Positions 8,342 to 18,309 of a stretch of DNA of 64,000 nucleotides are shown piece by piece. Source of the stretch: an uncultured Alphaproteobacteria bacterium (GTDB taxonomy: Bacteria; Pseudomonadota; Alphaproteobacteria; RF32; CAG-239); assembly GCA_944391345.1 (NCBI GenBank), contig CALXTE010000003.1, forward strand, positions 18,375-82,374, given 5' to 3'. Within the stretch, counting starts at the first letter, position 1. Each line of letters starts with the position of its first letter. Both the position numbers and the translations under genes were made by a program. The notes beneath the pieces were generated by a model. That model saw only the letters and a program-made list of their open reading frames with translations. It ran no database searches and was not told where the DNA came from.

Positions 8342-10459
8342 ATGGTCGAATTGAATATTTGCCGCAAAGAATTGGATTGGGGCGGCAGAAAATTGGTGTT
8401 GGAAACAGGTAAAGTTGCGAAGCAGGCTCTCGGTGCCGTTGAGGCTACTTATGGCGGAACAACGGTTTTGGCTACCGTTTGTGCTGCAAAAGAGGCTGCG
8501 CCCGATCAGGATTTCTTCCCTTTGACCGTTAACTATCAAGAAAAATATTATGCTACCGGTAAAATCCCCGGCGGATTTATGAAACGCGAAGGCAAGCCTT
8601 CCGAGCGCGAAGTGCTTATCTCTCGCTTGATTGACAGACCTATTCGTCCGCTGTTTCCGGATGCTTTTAAAAATGAAGTTCAAGTTATTTGTACCGTTCT
8701 TTCTCATGACCAGCAGACAGATTCCGACGTTGTGGCGATGATTGCCGCTTCCGCCGCTTTGGCAATTTCGGGTATTCCGTTCCTCGGGCCTATCGGTGCT
8801 GCTAAAATCGGTTATAAAAATGGTGAATATATCTTGAACCCGACAATTGAACAGCAAAAAGAATCTGAACTTGAGCTGGCAGTGGCCGGTACATCCGAAG
8901 GTGTGCTGATGGTTGAATCTGAGGCTCAGGAGTTGTCCGAAGAAACCATGCTTGGCGCGGTTATGTTCGGATTTGAAAACTTCCAGCCGGTTATTGCCAT
9001 GATTAACGAAATGGTTAAAGAAGCCGGAAAGCCGCGTTGGGAAATGCCGAAATTCCCGCCGGAGTTTGATGAACTCTACAACAAGCTTGAAAAAGGCTTT
9101 ATCTCTAAGTTTGAAGAAGCTTTCAAAGAAACCGATAAACTGAAACGCGGTGAGCTTGTTGCTCAGGCTTCTGAAGAGTTTAAGGCAACCCTTGATCCGG
9201 AAAATGAGTTTGAACAAAAGTTTGCTCAAGATGCTATCGAAAAATTGATGCACAAAGTTGTTCGTGAAAAAGTTTTGACAACCGGCAAACGTATTGACGG
9301 TCGTGATACCAAAACCGTTCGTCCGATTTGGTGCGAAGTTGATGTTTTGCCGATGGCTCATGGCTCAGCTATCTTTACTCGTGGTGAAACTCAGGCTTTG
9401 GTTGTTACAACCTTGGGTACGGGCGAAGATGCTCAAATTGTTGACGGTTTGATGGAAGAATATAAAGAAGACTTTATGCTGAACTATAACTTCCCGCCGT
9501 TCTCGGTTGGTGAATGTGGTCGTATCGGTAGCCCCGGACGTCGTGAAATTGGTCACGGAAAATTGGCTTGGCGTGCTATTCACCCGATGATGCCGAAAAA
9601 TAAAGATACTTTCCCTTATACCGTTCGCGTTGTTTCTGAAATTTTGGAATCAAATGGTTCTTCTTCAATGGCAACGGTTTGCGGAACAACAATGTCTTTG
9701 ATGTCGGCCGGTGTGCCAATGGCTAAACCAGTTGCCGGTATTGCTATGGGCTTGATTAAGGAAGATGACGGGCGTGTGGCTGTCTTGACCGATATTCTCG
9801 GTGATGAAGACCACCTCGGCGATATGGACTTCAAGGTTGCCGGTACAAAAGACGGTGTTACCGCTTTGCAGATGGATATTAAAATCACATCAATCACCAA
9901 AGATATTATGAAAACTGCTTTGGCTCAGGCTCATGAAGGTCGTATCCATATTTTGGGTGAGATGGCAAAGGCTATTTCTGAACCGCGTCCTCATGTTTCG
10001 GACAAAGCACCGCGTATTGTTGCAATTAAGATTCCGGTTGATAAAATTCGTGAAGTTATCGGTTCAGGCGGTAAGGTTATTCGTGAAATTACTGAAAAAA
10101 CGCACTGCAAAATTGATATCAGTGACGACGGTGTTATCAAAATCGCTTCGCTCAAAAAAGAAGACGGTGATGCCGCTCTTGAATGGATTACCGGTATTGT
10201 TGCCGAGCCGGAAGAAGGCAAAATCTATCATGGTGTTATTACCAAGATTATGGATTTTGGCGCTTTTGTTCGCTTCCTTGGAACAACCGAAGGTCTGGTT
10301 CACATTTCTGAAGTCAAGAATGAGCGCATTGCTTCCGTTTCCGACTTCTACAAAGAAGGTGACTCAATTTGGGTAAAATGTCTTGGCACGGACAACCGCG
10401 GCAAGGTTAAGCTTTCTGCGAAGAGAGTTAATCAGGAGACTGGGGAAGACCTCGAATAA
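8342..10459 (+). CDS. pnp: Polyribonucleotide nucleotidyltransferase (PNPase)
   Basis: 705 aa with RNase PH x2, KH and S1 domains; RBS AAAGGTG. Confidence 0.97.
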   Translation: MVELNICRKELDWGGRKLVLETGKVAKQALGAVEATYGGTTVLATVCAAKEAAPDQDFFPLTVNYQEKYYATGKIPGGFMKREGKPSEREVLISRLIDRPIRPLFPDAFKNEVQVICTVLSHDQQTDSDVVAMIAASAALAISGIPFLGPIGAAKIGYKNGEYILNPTIEQQKESELELAVAGTSEGVLMVESEAQELSEETMLGAVMFGFENFQPVIAMINEMVKEAGKPRWEMPKFPPEFDELYNKLEKGFISKFEEAFKETDKLKRGELVAQASEEFKATLDPENEFEQKFAQDAIEKLMHKVVREKVLTTGKRIDGRDTKTVRPIWCEVDVLPMAHGSAIFTRGETQALVVTTLGTGEDAQIVDGLMEEYKEDFMLNYNFPPFSVGECGRIGSPGRREIGHGKLAWRAIHPMMPKNKDTFPYTVRVVSEILESNGSSSMATVCGTTMSLMSAGVPMAKPVAGIAMGLIKEDDGRVAVLTDILGDEDHLGDMDFKVAGTKDGVTALQMDIKITSITKDIMKTALAQAHEGRIHILGEMAKAISEPRPHVSDKAPRIVAIKIPVDKIREVIGSGGKVIREITEKTHCKIDISDDGVIKIASLKKEDGDAALEWITGIVAEPEEGKIYHGVITKIMDFGAFVRFLGTTEGLVHISEVKNERIASVSDFYKEGDSIWVKCLGTDNRGKVKLSAKRVNQETGEDLE

Positions 10460-10600
10460 AAAAGTTCGTATAATGGTCGATTAATACAGATTTAGCGGAT
10501 AGGAAAAATGCTCATGTACTTCTATGTACACTGCGCTTTTTTCTTCCTTAAATCTTATTACTCGACTCATTCTCCGAACTTTTTGAAAAGTTCGTGTTAA
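10460..10600. repeat. Intergenic repeat unit type 1, directly after the pnp stop
   Basis: About 90% identical to 5925..6047 and 11456..11580. Confidence 0.8.
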
Positions 10601-10603
10601 AAA

Positions 10604-10634
10604 CAAAGAGATTGTTTTGCAATCTCTTTGTTTG
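10604..10634. terminator. Bidirectional terminator (CAAAGAGATTG-TTTTG-CAATCTCTTTG) between pnp (+) and the HTH gene (-)
   Basis: Perfect 11-bp stem with flanking A/T runs. Confidence 0.7.
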
Positions 10635-10635
10635 T

Positions 10636-10878
10636 TTAAGATGCTTTGATGAGTTCAAATTTTAATTTATAATTATAAATGGCGGCGATGACGGCGACGC
10701 GTCTTAATCCAAAAGCTCGGCCTTGTTCGACATTTTTAATCCGGCGGCGTGACAATCCGCTTATTTTTGATATATTATCAATGCTTAATTGGTGTTCTTG
10801 TCTAAGTTCATATAATCTCTTTCCGACTTCGGCTCGATTATCTTCTAAATAAATGATTTGTTCTTTTTTTATTCCCAT
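10636..10878 (-). CDS. XRE/Cro-type helix-turn-helix transcriptional regulator (80 aa)
   Basis: Motif QLSIDNISKISGLSRRRIKNVEQG; perfect AAGGAG RBS 8 nt before the ATG at 10878 (the longer track start at 10914 lacks an RBS). Confidence 0.7.
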   Translation of the reverse strand: MGIKKEQIIYLEDNRAEVGKRLYELRQEHQLSIDNISKISGLSRRRIKNVEQGRAFGLRRVAVIAAIYNYKLKFELIKAS

Positions 10879-10914
10879 TTTTTCAGCTCCTTTTTTATTT
10901 TGTGGTAAAAACAA

Positions 10915-11060
10915 AGCCTGCCAAGAAGGCAGGCGGAGCTAAACAACTGTTTACACACAGTCACCGTTATTCAATATATTAGCGGTACTCCGCCCAAAAG
11001 CGGAGGATTTTATTATTATGTAGGTGTTGTTTAGGCACCGTCGGTTACCTCTAACCGACA
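10915..11060 (-). other. Structured non-coding region upstream of the HTH gene with three hairpins (CCTGCC..GGCAGG, CTCCGC..GCGGAG, CGGTTA..TAACCG); the first acts as a terminator on the minus strand
   Basis: Inverted repeats read directly; no ORF. Confidence 0.2.
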
Positions 11061-11094
11061 ATGTGAGTATAAATAATGGTGATAGAGTTTGCAA

Positions 11095-11292
11095 GGAAAA
11101 GTTTGTATAACGGGCAACTAATACAGATTTAGCGGGTCTCCTCCATCCTCACGTACTACTTTGTACGCTGCGGTGTCGTCGCCCTAAAATCTTATTATTT
11201 GCCTCGTTCTCCAAACTTTTACAAAGTTTATATAACGGGTAACTAATACAGATTTAGCGGGTCTCCTCCATCCTCACGTACTAGTTTGTACC
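11095..11292. repeat. Repeat cluster part 1: type-2 unit (11095..11225) plus a truncated type-2 head (11226..11292)
   Basis: Shared AACTAATACAGATTTAGCGGGTCTCCTCCATCCTCACGTACTA core; related to type 1 at both ends. Confidence 0.75.
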
Positions 11293-11394
11293 AATTCCGA
11301 CTAAACCTTTGTTGCGAAAGCTGTCGCATTCTAACAAAGGAAAGTCTCATTGCTTATCCTTAAAGAAAGCACATTCAAGTGCTTTCTTTTGCGG
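11293..11394 (+). ncRNA. Candidate small RNA or insert inside a split repeat unit; two hairpins, the second (AGAAAGCAC-ATTCAA-GTGCTTTCT + TTTTG, 11364..11394) is an intrinsic terminator on the + strand
   Basis: Unique about 100 nt between a repeat head (11226..11292) and the matching repeat tail (11419..11455); terminator orientation. Confidence 0.25.
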
Positions 11395-11418
11395 CAGTGA
11401 TACTTTTGCCCTTGACGC

Positions 11419-11607
11419 CTACTACTCGACTCATTCTCCGAACTTTTTAAAAAACTCGTATAATGGCCGATTAATACAGATTTTGCGGATAGGAAAAATG
11501 CTCATGTACTTCTGTGTACACTGCGCTTTTTCCTTCCTTAAATCTTATTACTCGACTCATTCTCCAAACTTTTTGAAAAAACTCGTATAACGGGCAACTA
11601 ATACAGT
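11419..11607. repeat. Repeat cluster part 2: type-1 tail (11419..11455), full type-1 unit (11456..11580), type-2 head (11581..11607)
   Basis: Direct sequence identity with the other copies. Confidence 0.8.
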
Positions 11608-11628
11608 GTTATAAAGCTAGCAAATATT

Positions 11629-12201
11629 CTACGAATGTTGTTTTTGGCCGATGAGGTTGGAGTAAGCGGCCATGCCTTTTTCCAGTAAAGTCGGCAGGGT
11701 TTCGCTTATCATATCAATCTCGGCTAAAATGGTTTCTTTATCAGCTTTTGAAAAGCCGCCTAAAACATAATTTACAACTTCTTCGCCGTGTCCTTGCGGG
11801 TGGCCGACGCCAATGCGGATGCGGTTGTAATTCGGTGTAATTGCGGCGTCAATGGATTTTAGCCCGTTATGTCCGCCGGCGCCGCCGCCAAGCTTGGCTT
11901 TGAGTTTGCCGACCGGCAAGTCCATGTCGTCATGGATAACCACAATATTTTGCGGTAAAATCTTATAAAAAGAAGCGGTTTTAACGACAGAATTGCCGGA
12001 TAGATTCATAAAAGTTTGCGGCTTTAGCAAATAAACCTTTTCATTGCCGATTTTTCCTTCGGCAATGAGGCCGTCAAACTTGTTTTTAAACGTTCCGAAC
12101 GCATAGTTTTCATGCAGAGCATCAGCCGCCATAAATCCGACATTGTGGCGGGTGCCTGAATATTCTGCTCCGGGGTTTCCTAAACCGACAATCAAAAACA
12201 T
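11629..12201 (-). CDS. pth: Peptidyl-tRNA hydrolase
   Basis: Motif MFLIVGLGNPG...HNG. Confidence 0.95.
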   Translation of the reverse strand: MFLIVGLGNPGAEYSGTRHNVGFMAADALHENYAFGTFKNKFDGLIAEGKIGNEKVYLLKPQTFMNLSGNSVVKTASFYKILPQNIVVIHDDMDLPVGKLKAKLGGGAGGHNGLKSIDAAITPNYNRIRIGVGHPQGHGEEVVNYVLGGFSKADKETILAEIDMISETLPTLLEKGMAAYSNLIGQKQHS

Positions 12202-12213
12202 ATTTTTTTACCT

Positions 12214-12241
12214 TCAAAAAAAACGGGAGCTTGGCTCCCGT
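12214..12241 (-). terminator. rplY terminator (CGGGAGC-TTG-GCTCCCG + T-run on the minus strand)
   Basis: Hairpin with adjacent A8 on the plus strand. Confidence 0.6.
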
Positions 12242-12311
12242 TCTATGAGCAATTCATCATCGCAAAGCCCATCCGAGAGAAGCATAGTGGACGACTTTCA
12301 CGATGAAAAAT

Positions 12312-12602
12312 TTACTTTCTGAGAAAATCGACGTGAATAGCTTTGTCGCTAACCGGATGAAATTGAACATCCTGACATTTAACGGCATAGTTTTTACCGT
12401 CAACGTTAACGTCAATGTCAAAGCTGTATAAGCCAGCCATATCCAAAGCTTTTTCAACTTGAACAGGGTCAAGACTAATCATGACCGGAGCTTCTTTTCC
12501 ACCATAAATTACGGCAGGAATACGGCCCTCACGACGACATGCGCGAGCTGCCCCCTTACCTGCTGTTTCACGCTTTTTAGCATTAAAAATAAAATCAGCC
12601 AT
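12312..12602 (-). CDS. rplY: 50S ribosomal protein L25, short (E. coli-like, 96 aa) form
   Basis: Similarity to short L25 (IPAVIYGG...); no Ctc C-terminal extension. Confidence 0.88.
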   Translation of the reverse strand: MADFIFNAKKRETAGKGAARACRREGRIPAVIYGGKEAPVMISLDPVQVEKALDMAGLYSFDIDVNVDGKNYAVKCQDVQFHPVSDKAIHVDFLRK

Positions 12603-12733
12603 TTTTAAAATTCCTTTATTAAAAAAACAAATTTTGTGCCTTAAAACCTCCAGGGGTGTTCTAAAGCAAATTCTGTTTACCGCTTATTTGTTTAAAATGC
12701 AAGAACTTTTTTGCAAAAATATTTGATTTCTCA

Positions 12734-12772
12734 TAAAAAAATACAGAGCTGTTTGGGCTCTGTATTTTTTTG
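12734..12772. terminator. Bidirectional terminator (ATACAGAGC-TGTTTGG-GCTCTGTAT flanked by A7/T7)
   Basis: Perfect stem with A/T runs. Confidence 0.65.
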
Positions 12773-12775
12773 TTT

Positions 12776-13153
12776 TTATTCTTCTTTGGGAATTTGTTCT
12801 TCCAGCTTGTGTGATTCTGTGCCGATTTTTGTGCTGACGTAAAAGCTCAAAATTACCGGAAGAATGTACTTCATAAAGTTTTCAGTGACACCGGTTAAAA
12901 TAAAGGTGTTTATAACAGAATAGTTTAATGCTAAAACAAATAAACTCCACATTTTTTCATTCAGATGTTTTAGTTTGGTAATTTTATTTTCGTTTTTTTC
13001 CTGTTTTTTTAAGATGTCGTTAAACTTACTTTTTAAATAGGAAAAATATGCAAAAGATAAAATCACCAGTAGAAACATAATAATCAGGTAGAGATTTTCT
13101 AATACGACTTCTTTCATAACATCAAATTTTTGTTGTTTATAATAAAAACACAA
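12776..13153 (-). CDS. Small integral membrane protein (3 predicted TM helices), unknown function
   Basis: Hydrophobic segments; AT-rich; alternative start at 13117. Confidence 0.5.
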   Translation of the reverse strand: MCFYYKQQKFDVMKEVVLENLYLIIMFLLVILSFAYFSYLKSKFNDILKKQEKNENKITKLKHLNEKMWSLFVLALNYSVINTFILTGVTENFMKYILPVILSFYVSTKIGTESHKLEEQIPKEE

Positions 13154-13174
13154 GCAGCATTTGTTTTCTATAGA

Positions 13175-13654
13175 TTAAGCTGTTTCCGGTTCAACTTTTA
13201 GCCGATCACTGGTGCAGACGATGACCTTTACGGCCACTGTGTCACCGATTTTGTATTTTTGACGAGAAGCATTAACCAGCTCTGCCGGAAAACTCTCGTC
13301 TTTGTTGGCTATATTAAGTTCACCAAAAATTCGTCCGCTTTCTATTCTCTCTACTTTGAAAAAATGAGTTTCATTTTCCATAACGGCTTTAAACTCGTTT
13401 TCTACAAATGATAAAGAATATAGATTGGTTCCTAGTCCGAACACAATTGCCCCGTAAATCCAGCGACTGCTTAATACATCATGAAAATAACAAATGATGC
13501 TGAAAACAATCAAAAGGAAAAAACAAAATAAAACCCATAACTTCCATAAAAGTTGTTTGTCAAAGTTCCAAAAGGGGGTTTTGAACAGTGCATAAAAGAA
13601 ATTTGCCAGATTTCCTAAAATGATAATCCACAAAAAAATTTCAAGCGTTTCCAT
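13175..13654 (-). CDS. Membrane protein (159 aa): N-terminal 3 TM helices plus C-terminal beta-rich soluble domain; paralog of 13764..14243
   Basis: About 30% identity with its neighbour along the full length; conserved 5' region. Confidence 0.6.
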   Translation of the reverse strand: METLEIFLWIIILGNLANFFYALFKTPFWNFDKQLLWKLWVLFCFFLLIVFSIICYFHDVLSSRWIYGAIVFGLGTNLYSLSFVENEFKAVMENETHFFKVERIESGRIFGELNIANKDESFPAELVNASRQKYKIGDTVAVKVIVCTSDRLKVEPETA

Positions 13655-13730
13655 AACAATAAGGTTTATAGATTAATAATCAAAATAATAGTTCTCTGAT
13701 TTTCAAGTAGCATTTTAATTTTAAAGAGTC

Positions 13731-13766
13731 AAACAAAAAGGAGAGCCCAAAGCTCTCCTTTTTTTA
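13731..13766 (-). terminator. Terminator between the two paralogs (AGGAGAGC-CCAAA-GCTCTCCT with A/T runs)
   Basis: Hairpin plus T-run on the minus strand. Confidence 0.55.
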
Positions 13767-14243
13767 ATTTTCAGCAGGTTCAACAATGATTTCATTCGGA
13801 TGGCACAGCAGAACTCTGACCGGAATAATTTCACCATAGTGATAATCGGCATAAAGCGGACATACGAGCCGCGCTTCAACAGTTTCTTTAGTGCTATGAA
13901 TGGCTAATGTTCCTCGCACTTTATTGTTTTGCCACGATGTTAGGCGAAATAGATGAATTTCTCCATACATAACGGAGTTAAATTTTTCATCAAGAAGATG
14001 TCTGCTAATTAGCCCCATAATGACGGTAAGCACAATTATTGCCAAATACCATGCTTGTTGGGCATTTTCTTTTTGAAAATAAACATAGCTTAAAATGCCA
14101 AGTACTAAAATACACAAGCCATTAGCCGTTTTCCAAAAAGAACGTTTGTAGTCGTTCAGAAATGGTCGTTTGATAACGGCATAGATAAATTCCAATAGGA
14201 ATAAGGTGCAAATAAGACCCATAAAAAATTCAAGTGCTGTCAT
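13764..14243 (-). CDS. Membrane protein (159 aa), paralog of 13175..13654
   Basis: Same architecture; upstream 14244..14310 about 85% identical to 13655..13730. Confidence 0.6.
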   Translation of the reverse strand: MTALEFFMGLICTLFLLEFIYAVIKRPFLNDYKRSFWKTANGLCILVLGILSYVYFQKENAQQAWYLAIIVLTVIMGLISRHLLDEKFNSVMYGEIHLFRLTSWQNNKVRGTLAIHSTKETVEARLVCPLYADYHYGEIIPVRVLLCHPNEIIVEPAEN

Positions 14244-14345
14244 AAAAATAAGGTTTTATAAATTAATAACTAAAATAATAATTCTCTGATTTTTAAGTAG
14301 CACCTTGTGACAAAAATGTCAAATAAAAGATTTATGCTTTGGTTC

Positions 14346-14816
14346 TTAGCCTTGAGGGAAGAGGTGGGTTTGGCGCAAGCCTTCACCCAAGACCATGGCC
14401 GCCGAAATCGCCATATTAATCGAACGAGCGTTTTTGTTCATCGGGATTAAAAGCCGTGCATCAACAGTTTCATGAACTTCTTGCGGAACGCCGGCGCTCT
14501 CTCTGCCCATTAAGATAATGTCGTTTTTTGCAAAACTGAACTCAGTATAAGGATTTGACGCATGAGTGGTCATTAAAACCAAGCGCCCGTATTCTTCGGG
14601 ATGGCTTTGGCGAAAAGCTAAGAAATCTTGCCAAGAATTATGTCGGCGGTAGGATACTTGTTCCAGATAGTCCATACCGGCGCGGTGCATGGCTTTTTCA
14701 TTAAAAATAAAGCCGCAAGGTTCAATGATATCCAGAGCAACGTCCAAACAAGCCCCAAGCCGCAGTAATGTGCCGGTATTTTGCGGAATGTCGGGTTGAA
14801 ACAAAGCTAAGCGCAT
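14346..14816 (-). CDS. trmL: tRNA (cytidine/uridine-2'-O)-methyltransferase TrmL (SpoU family)
   Basis: 156 aa, SPOUT motifs. Confidence 0.8.
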   Translation of the reverse strand: MRLALFQPDIPQNTGTLLRLGACLDVALDIIEPCGFIFNEKAMHRAGMDYLEQVSYRRHNSWQDFLAFRQSHPEEYGRLVLMTTHASNPYTEFSFAKNDIILMGRESAGVPQEVHETVDARLLIPMNKNARSINMAISAAMVLGEGLRQTHLFPQG

Positions 14817-14832
14817 TTTTTTGCCTTACCAT

Positions 14833-15945
14833 TTATACATTGAACAAGAAGAGTAAGACATCGCCGTCTTGGACGACATAGTCTTTGCCTTCGGAGCGGA
14901 CTTTTCCGGCTTCTTTGCAGCCTTGTTCGCCGCCAAATTTGATGAAGTCATCAAAGGAAATGGTTTCGGCGCGGATGAAGCCTTTTTCAAAGTCAGAGTG
15001 GATGATTCCGGCGCATTGCGGGGCTTTTGAGCCTTTGATAAAAGTCCATGCCCGAACTTCCTTTGGTCCGCAAGTGAAGTAAGTTTGCAAGCCTAAAAGC
15101 TTGTAGCCGGCGCGGATAATCTTGGCTAAGCCGGTTTCTGACAAGCCTAAAGAGTCCAAAAATTCTTTTTTCTCTTCTTCATTATCAAGCTGGGCAACTT
15201 CGGATTCGATTTCGGCCGAGATAATGACCGCTTCGGTTCCTTCTTTTTTGGCACGTTCTTCAACTTGTTTAGAAAACTCATTGCCCTCAGCGGCGGAAGC
15301 TTCATCGACATTGCAAACGTATAAAACCGGTTTTGAGGTTAAAAGCTGGAGCATTTCGTATTGTTTATAAGCCTCTTTATCCGATTTATCCGGTGCGGCG
15401 GAACGTGCCGGTTTGCCGGCGCGAAGAGCTTCGATAATCGGTTCCATAACTTGGGCGCGGATTTTGGCCTCTTTGTCACCACCGGTTTGGGCTTTTTTCT
15501 TGGTTTGTTCAAAGCGTTTTTCCAAAGACTCTAAGTCGGCAATCATTAACTCGGTTTCGACAATGTCGGCGTCGCGAATGGGGTCTACCGAGCCTTCGAC
15601 ATGGGTGATGTTGTCGTCTTCAAAACAACGCAAAACGTGAATAATCGCGTCGACCTCACGGATGTTGGCCAAAAACTGGTTGCCTAAGCCTTCGCCTTTA
15701 GACGCACCTTTTACTAATCCGGCAATGTCAACAAATTCAAGTTGAGTCGGCGTGACCATGCGTGGTTTTACAATTTCGGTCAGCTGTTTTAATCTTTCGT
15801 CCGGAACGGCGACGCGGCCGGTGTTCGGCTCAATCGTGCAAAACGGAAAATTTGCCGCCTGTGCCGCAATCGTTTGTGTTAAAGCGTTAAACAACGTCGA
15901 TTTTCCGACATTCGGCAAACCGACTATTCCGCAATTAAACCCCAT
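14833..15945 (-). CDS. ychF: Ribosome-binding ATPase YchF
   Basis: Motif [18 protein letters not shown]; TGS domain. Confidence 0.95.
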   Translation of the reverse strand: MGFNCGIVGLPNVGKSTLFNALTQTIAAQAANFPFCTIEPNTGRVAVPDERLKQLTEIVKPRMVTPTQLEFVDIAGLVKGASKGEGLGNQFLANIREVDAIIHVLRCFEDDNITHVEGSVDPIRDADIVETELMIADLESLEKRFEQTKKKAQTGGDKEAKIRAQVMEPIIEALRAGKPARSAAPDKSDKEAYKQYEMLQLLTSKPVLYVCNVDEASAAEGNEFSKQVEERAKKEGTEAVIISAEIESEVAQLDNEEEKKEFLDSLGLSETGLAKIIRAGYKLLGLQTYFTCGPKEVRAWTFIKGSKAPQCAGIIHSDFEKGFIRAETISFDDFIKFGGEQGCKEAGKVRSEGKDYVVQDGDVLLFLFNV

Positions 15946-16032
15946 TAAAAAAACTCCTTAAAAACAAAATCTTAAAAATTGATTTGGTTATAACCGAATT
16001 CAATTGAGATTGCAACCGCTTTTTTGAGGTGG

Positions 16033-16075
16033 TTTTTTTTGTTGACTTTTGTCTAATTGGTGGTATGTTAGGTTC
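16033..16075 (+). promoter_or_regulatory. Promoter-like cassette copy 3 (17-mer at 16041..16057) upstream of thyA
   Basis: Exact 17-mer plus T-run, 57 nt before the thyA ATG. Confidence 0.5.
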
Positions 16076-16114
16076 AATTCACTTTATTATTAATTCTTAA
16101 AATATTATTTTTTT

Positions 16115-16900
16115 ATGAAACAGTATCTTGATTTACTTAAAGACATTATTGAAAACGGTCATGACAAAGAAGACCGCACCGGTACAGGAACACGCTCGGT
16201 TTTTGGACGTAGTATGAGGTTTGATTTATCGCAAGGATTTCCACTACTGACAACAAAGCGGATGTTTCTGAAAGGTGTGATTTCCGAGCTGTTGTGGTTT
16301 GTCAAAGGGGACACAAATATTGAGTTCCTGCATGATAACGGTGTTCATATCTGGGATGAATGGGCTGATGAAAAAGGTGACCTCGGGCCTATCTATGGCG
16401 CGCAATGGCGCAACTGGGATAACCTTGGTATCGACCAATTGCAAAAGCTGGTGAAAGATATCAAAAACACGCCGGACAGTCGACGGCTTATTGTTTCGGC
16501 TTGGAATCCTACGCAGCTTGATGATATGGCTTTGCCGCCGTGCCATATGATGTATCAATGCTATGTGCAAGACGGGAAGCTGTCGCTTATGATGTATCAG
16601 CGTAGTGGTGATATGTTTCTCGGTGTGCCGTTCAACATTGCCTCTTATGCCTTGCTGACCATGATGTTAGCGCAAGTCTGTGGGCTTGAAGCCGGTGAGT
16701 ATATTCATGTTTTGGGTGATGCTCATATCTACAAAAACCACTTTGCGCAGGTGAAAGAACAACTCTCTCGTGAGCCGTATCCTCTGCCAAAGATGATTTT
16801 GAACCACAAGGTTCATGAAATCGATGGCTTTACGCTTAAAGATTTTACGCTGGAAGGATATCAGTATCATCCGGCGATTAAGGGAAAAGTTTCGGTTTAA
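16115..16900 (+). CDS. thyA: Thymidylate synthase ThyA
   Basis: 261 aa, PCH catalytic motif; not adjacent to folA. Confidence 0.97.
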   Translation: MKQYLDLLKDIIENGHDKEDRTGTGTRSVFGRSMRFDLSQGFPLLTTKRMFLKGVISELLWFVKGDTNIEFLHDNGVHIWDEWADEKGDLGPIYGAQWRNWDNLGIDQLQKLVKDIKNTPDSRRLIVSAWNPTQLDDMALPPCHMMYQCYVQDGKLSLMMYQRSGDMFLGVPFNIASYALLTMMLAQVCGLEAGEYIHVLGDAHIYKNHFAQVKEQLSREPYPLPKMILNHKVHEIDGFTLKDFTLEGYQYHPAIKGKVSV

Positions 16901-16916
16901 ATTTTTTTCTTTGTTT

Positions 16917-16946
16917 CGGGGTTGCCTGCGGGCAGCCCTTTTTTTA
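16917..16946 (+). terminator. thyA terminator (GGGTTGCCTGCGGGCAGCCC + T7)
   Basis: GC hairpin plus T-run. Confidence 0.6.
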
Positions 16947-18305
16947 TTTTATCAGCAGGCGTTGTGTGCGGGCAATGCTGGAAGTTATTTTTCGGATATT
17001 CTCGGTTAATTCCATATTTTCGTATATATATAATGCATCATGAAAATATTCCATGGCTTCTTCAAAATGAGAATTGCCGCCGCCGTTTTGCCCCAGTTGA
17101 TAATGAATGTTGCCGATGGCTTCTTGGATATGTGCCCAAGCCAGAGGATTGCGACGTTCGGTAACCACCTTTTGTTGGTTGCGGTAGCTGTTTATTGCTA
17201 CTTCGGAAATCTCGGTGCTGTGGGTTATGCTGCCCAGTAAGGCGAGCATTTTTCCCAGTTGACCCTGAATCTCGGCCCAAAAGGTTGGAAATAGTGCAAA
17301 GGTATATATTTTTTCGGCTTCTCTTAGGTGAAAAACAGCGTCTCTTAAAGCCTGTAAATCCTCTTTTTGTTTCCAATAATTATAATACAAGTTTGACAGT
17401 TTGTAAGATATGTAGCCATAGTCATAAGCATAAGTGTATTTGCTTAAATATTTTTGGGCTTGGCGGTAATAGCTGATTGCGCCGCGGTAGTAATTAATCG
17501 GATTGCGGGTTGTGCATTGTGAAGCCGAATCGTATAATTGTCCAAAGTGGTAATATATGCAGCCCAGATGAATCGGATTGCTGATTAAATCTTGTTTTTT
17601 TAAGGCCGCATTCAAAAGCTGGTTAATGGTGCGGAAGTTTCTGCCGTCTTCTTCTTCATGGGCGTAGCTCAGATATATTATGCCTAAAAAATTTAATATA
17701 TAAGGCAAGTATTCCTCAGGCATGTTTTTGGCCGAATCGTCTTTGCTCAGGTTGTAAATCGTTCGTTTTAAAAGGTAACGGCGGTAGATTCTTTGTTGTG
17801 CATCAAGAGGGCTGATGGCGCTGAGAATGGCGCCGTTTATCAAATTATGGATGGCCGGCGGAAACAAGGCCGGATTTTCTAAAAATGCGGCCGGAATATA
17901 AAGGCTGTCCAGTAAGCTGACAAAGGATTTGTCCTCGGTTTCATATTGTTTTCCGGTCTGAAAATTTAGCCTGATTTTATCGCCTTCTCTTTTGCCCCAG
18001 ATGATGACATCGGCTTTGGTGCGATCAAGCAGAGATTGTCCTCTGTCTATTAGGTCAAATATGGTGCGGCTTTCAAGTGATAATATATTTTGCGGATAAT
18101 CATATTCGTAATAAAAGCTTTTGAAGTAATCCGCTTCGCCAATCAGGCGCGCTAAAGTTTTGCCGGAATCATTTTCTACATTGTCGGCAAATTCAATAAC
18201 TCCGACTGAAAAATAAATATGTTTGTAATCTGCAAGGTTTAAGGGTTTTTCTTTGGCCTTTTGCGGATGATGTATCAGACTGAAAAGCTTTTGGATTAAG
18301 TTCAT
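16944..18305 (-). CDS. TPR-like repeat protein (453 aa, Tyr-rich helical repeats)
   Basis: Repeated ...YY..A..YL... helical motifs; no catalytic motif recognised. Confidence 0.55.
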   Translation of the reverse strand: MNLIQKLFSLIHHPQKAKEKPLNLADYKHIYFSVGVIEFADNVENDSGKTLARLIGEADYFKSFYYEYDYPQNILSLESRTIFDLIDRGQSLLDRTKADVIIWGKREGDKIRLNFQTGKQYETEDKSFVSLLDSLYIPAAFLENPALFPPAIHNLINGAILSAISPLDAQQRIYRRYLLKRTIYNLSKDDSAKNMPEEYLPYILNFLGIIYLSYAHEEEDGRNFRTINQLLNAALKKQDLISNPIHLGCIYYHFGQLYDSASQCTTRNPINYYRGAISYYRQAQKYLSKYTYAYDYGYISYKLSNLYYNYWKQKEDLQALRDAVFHLREAEKIYTFALFPTFWAEIQGQLGKMLALLGSITHSTEISEVAINSYRNQQKVVTERRNPLAWAHIQEAIGNIHYQLGQNGGGNSHFEEAMEYFHDALYIYENMELTENIRKITSSIARTQRLLIK

Positions 18306-18309
18306 GCGA

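Noticed and set aside
8279-9361. 360-aa minus-strand ORF
   Set aside because: It is antisense to pnp, with no homology and a biased composition.
11309-11590. 93-aa + strand ORF
   Set aside because: It lies entirely within the intergenic repeat cluster, and its sequence is dictated by the repeat units (the same peptide segments repeat). No RBS.
11095-11607. Possible CRISPR array
   Set aside because: The repeat units are about 125 bp, imperfect, of two subtypes, and not separated by uniform-length unique spacers. No cas genes are present.
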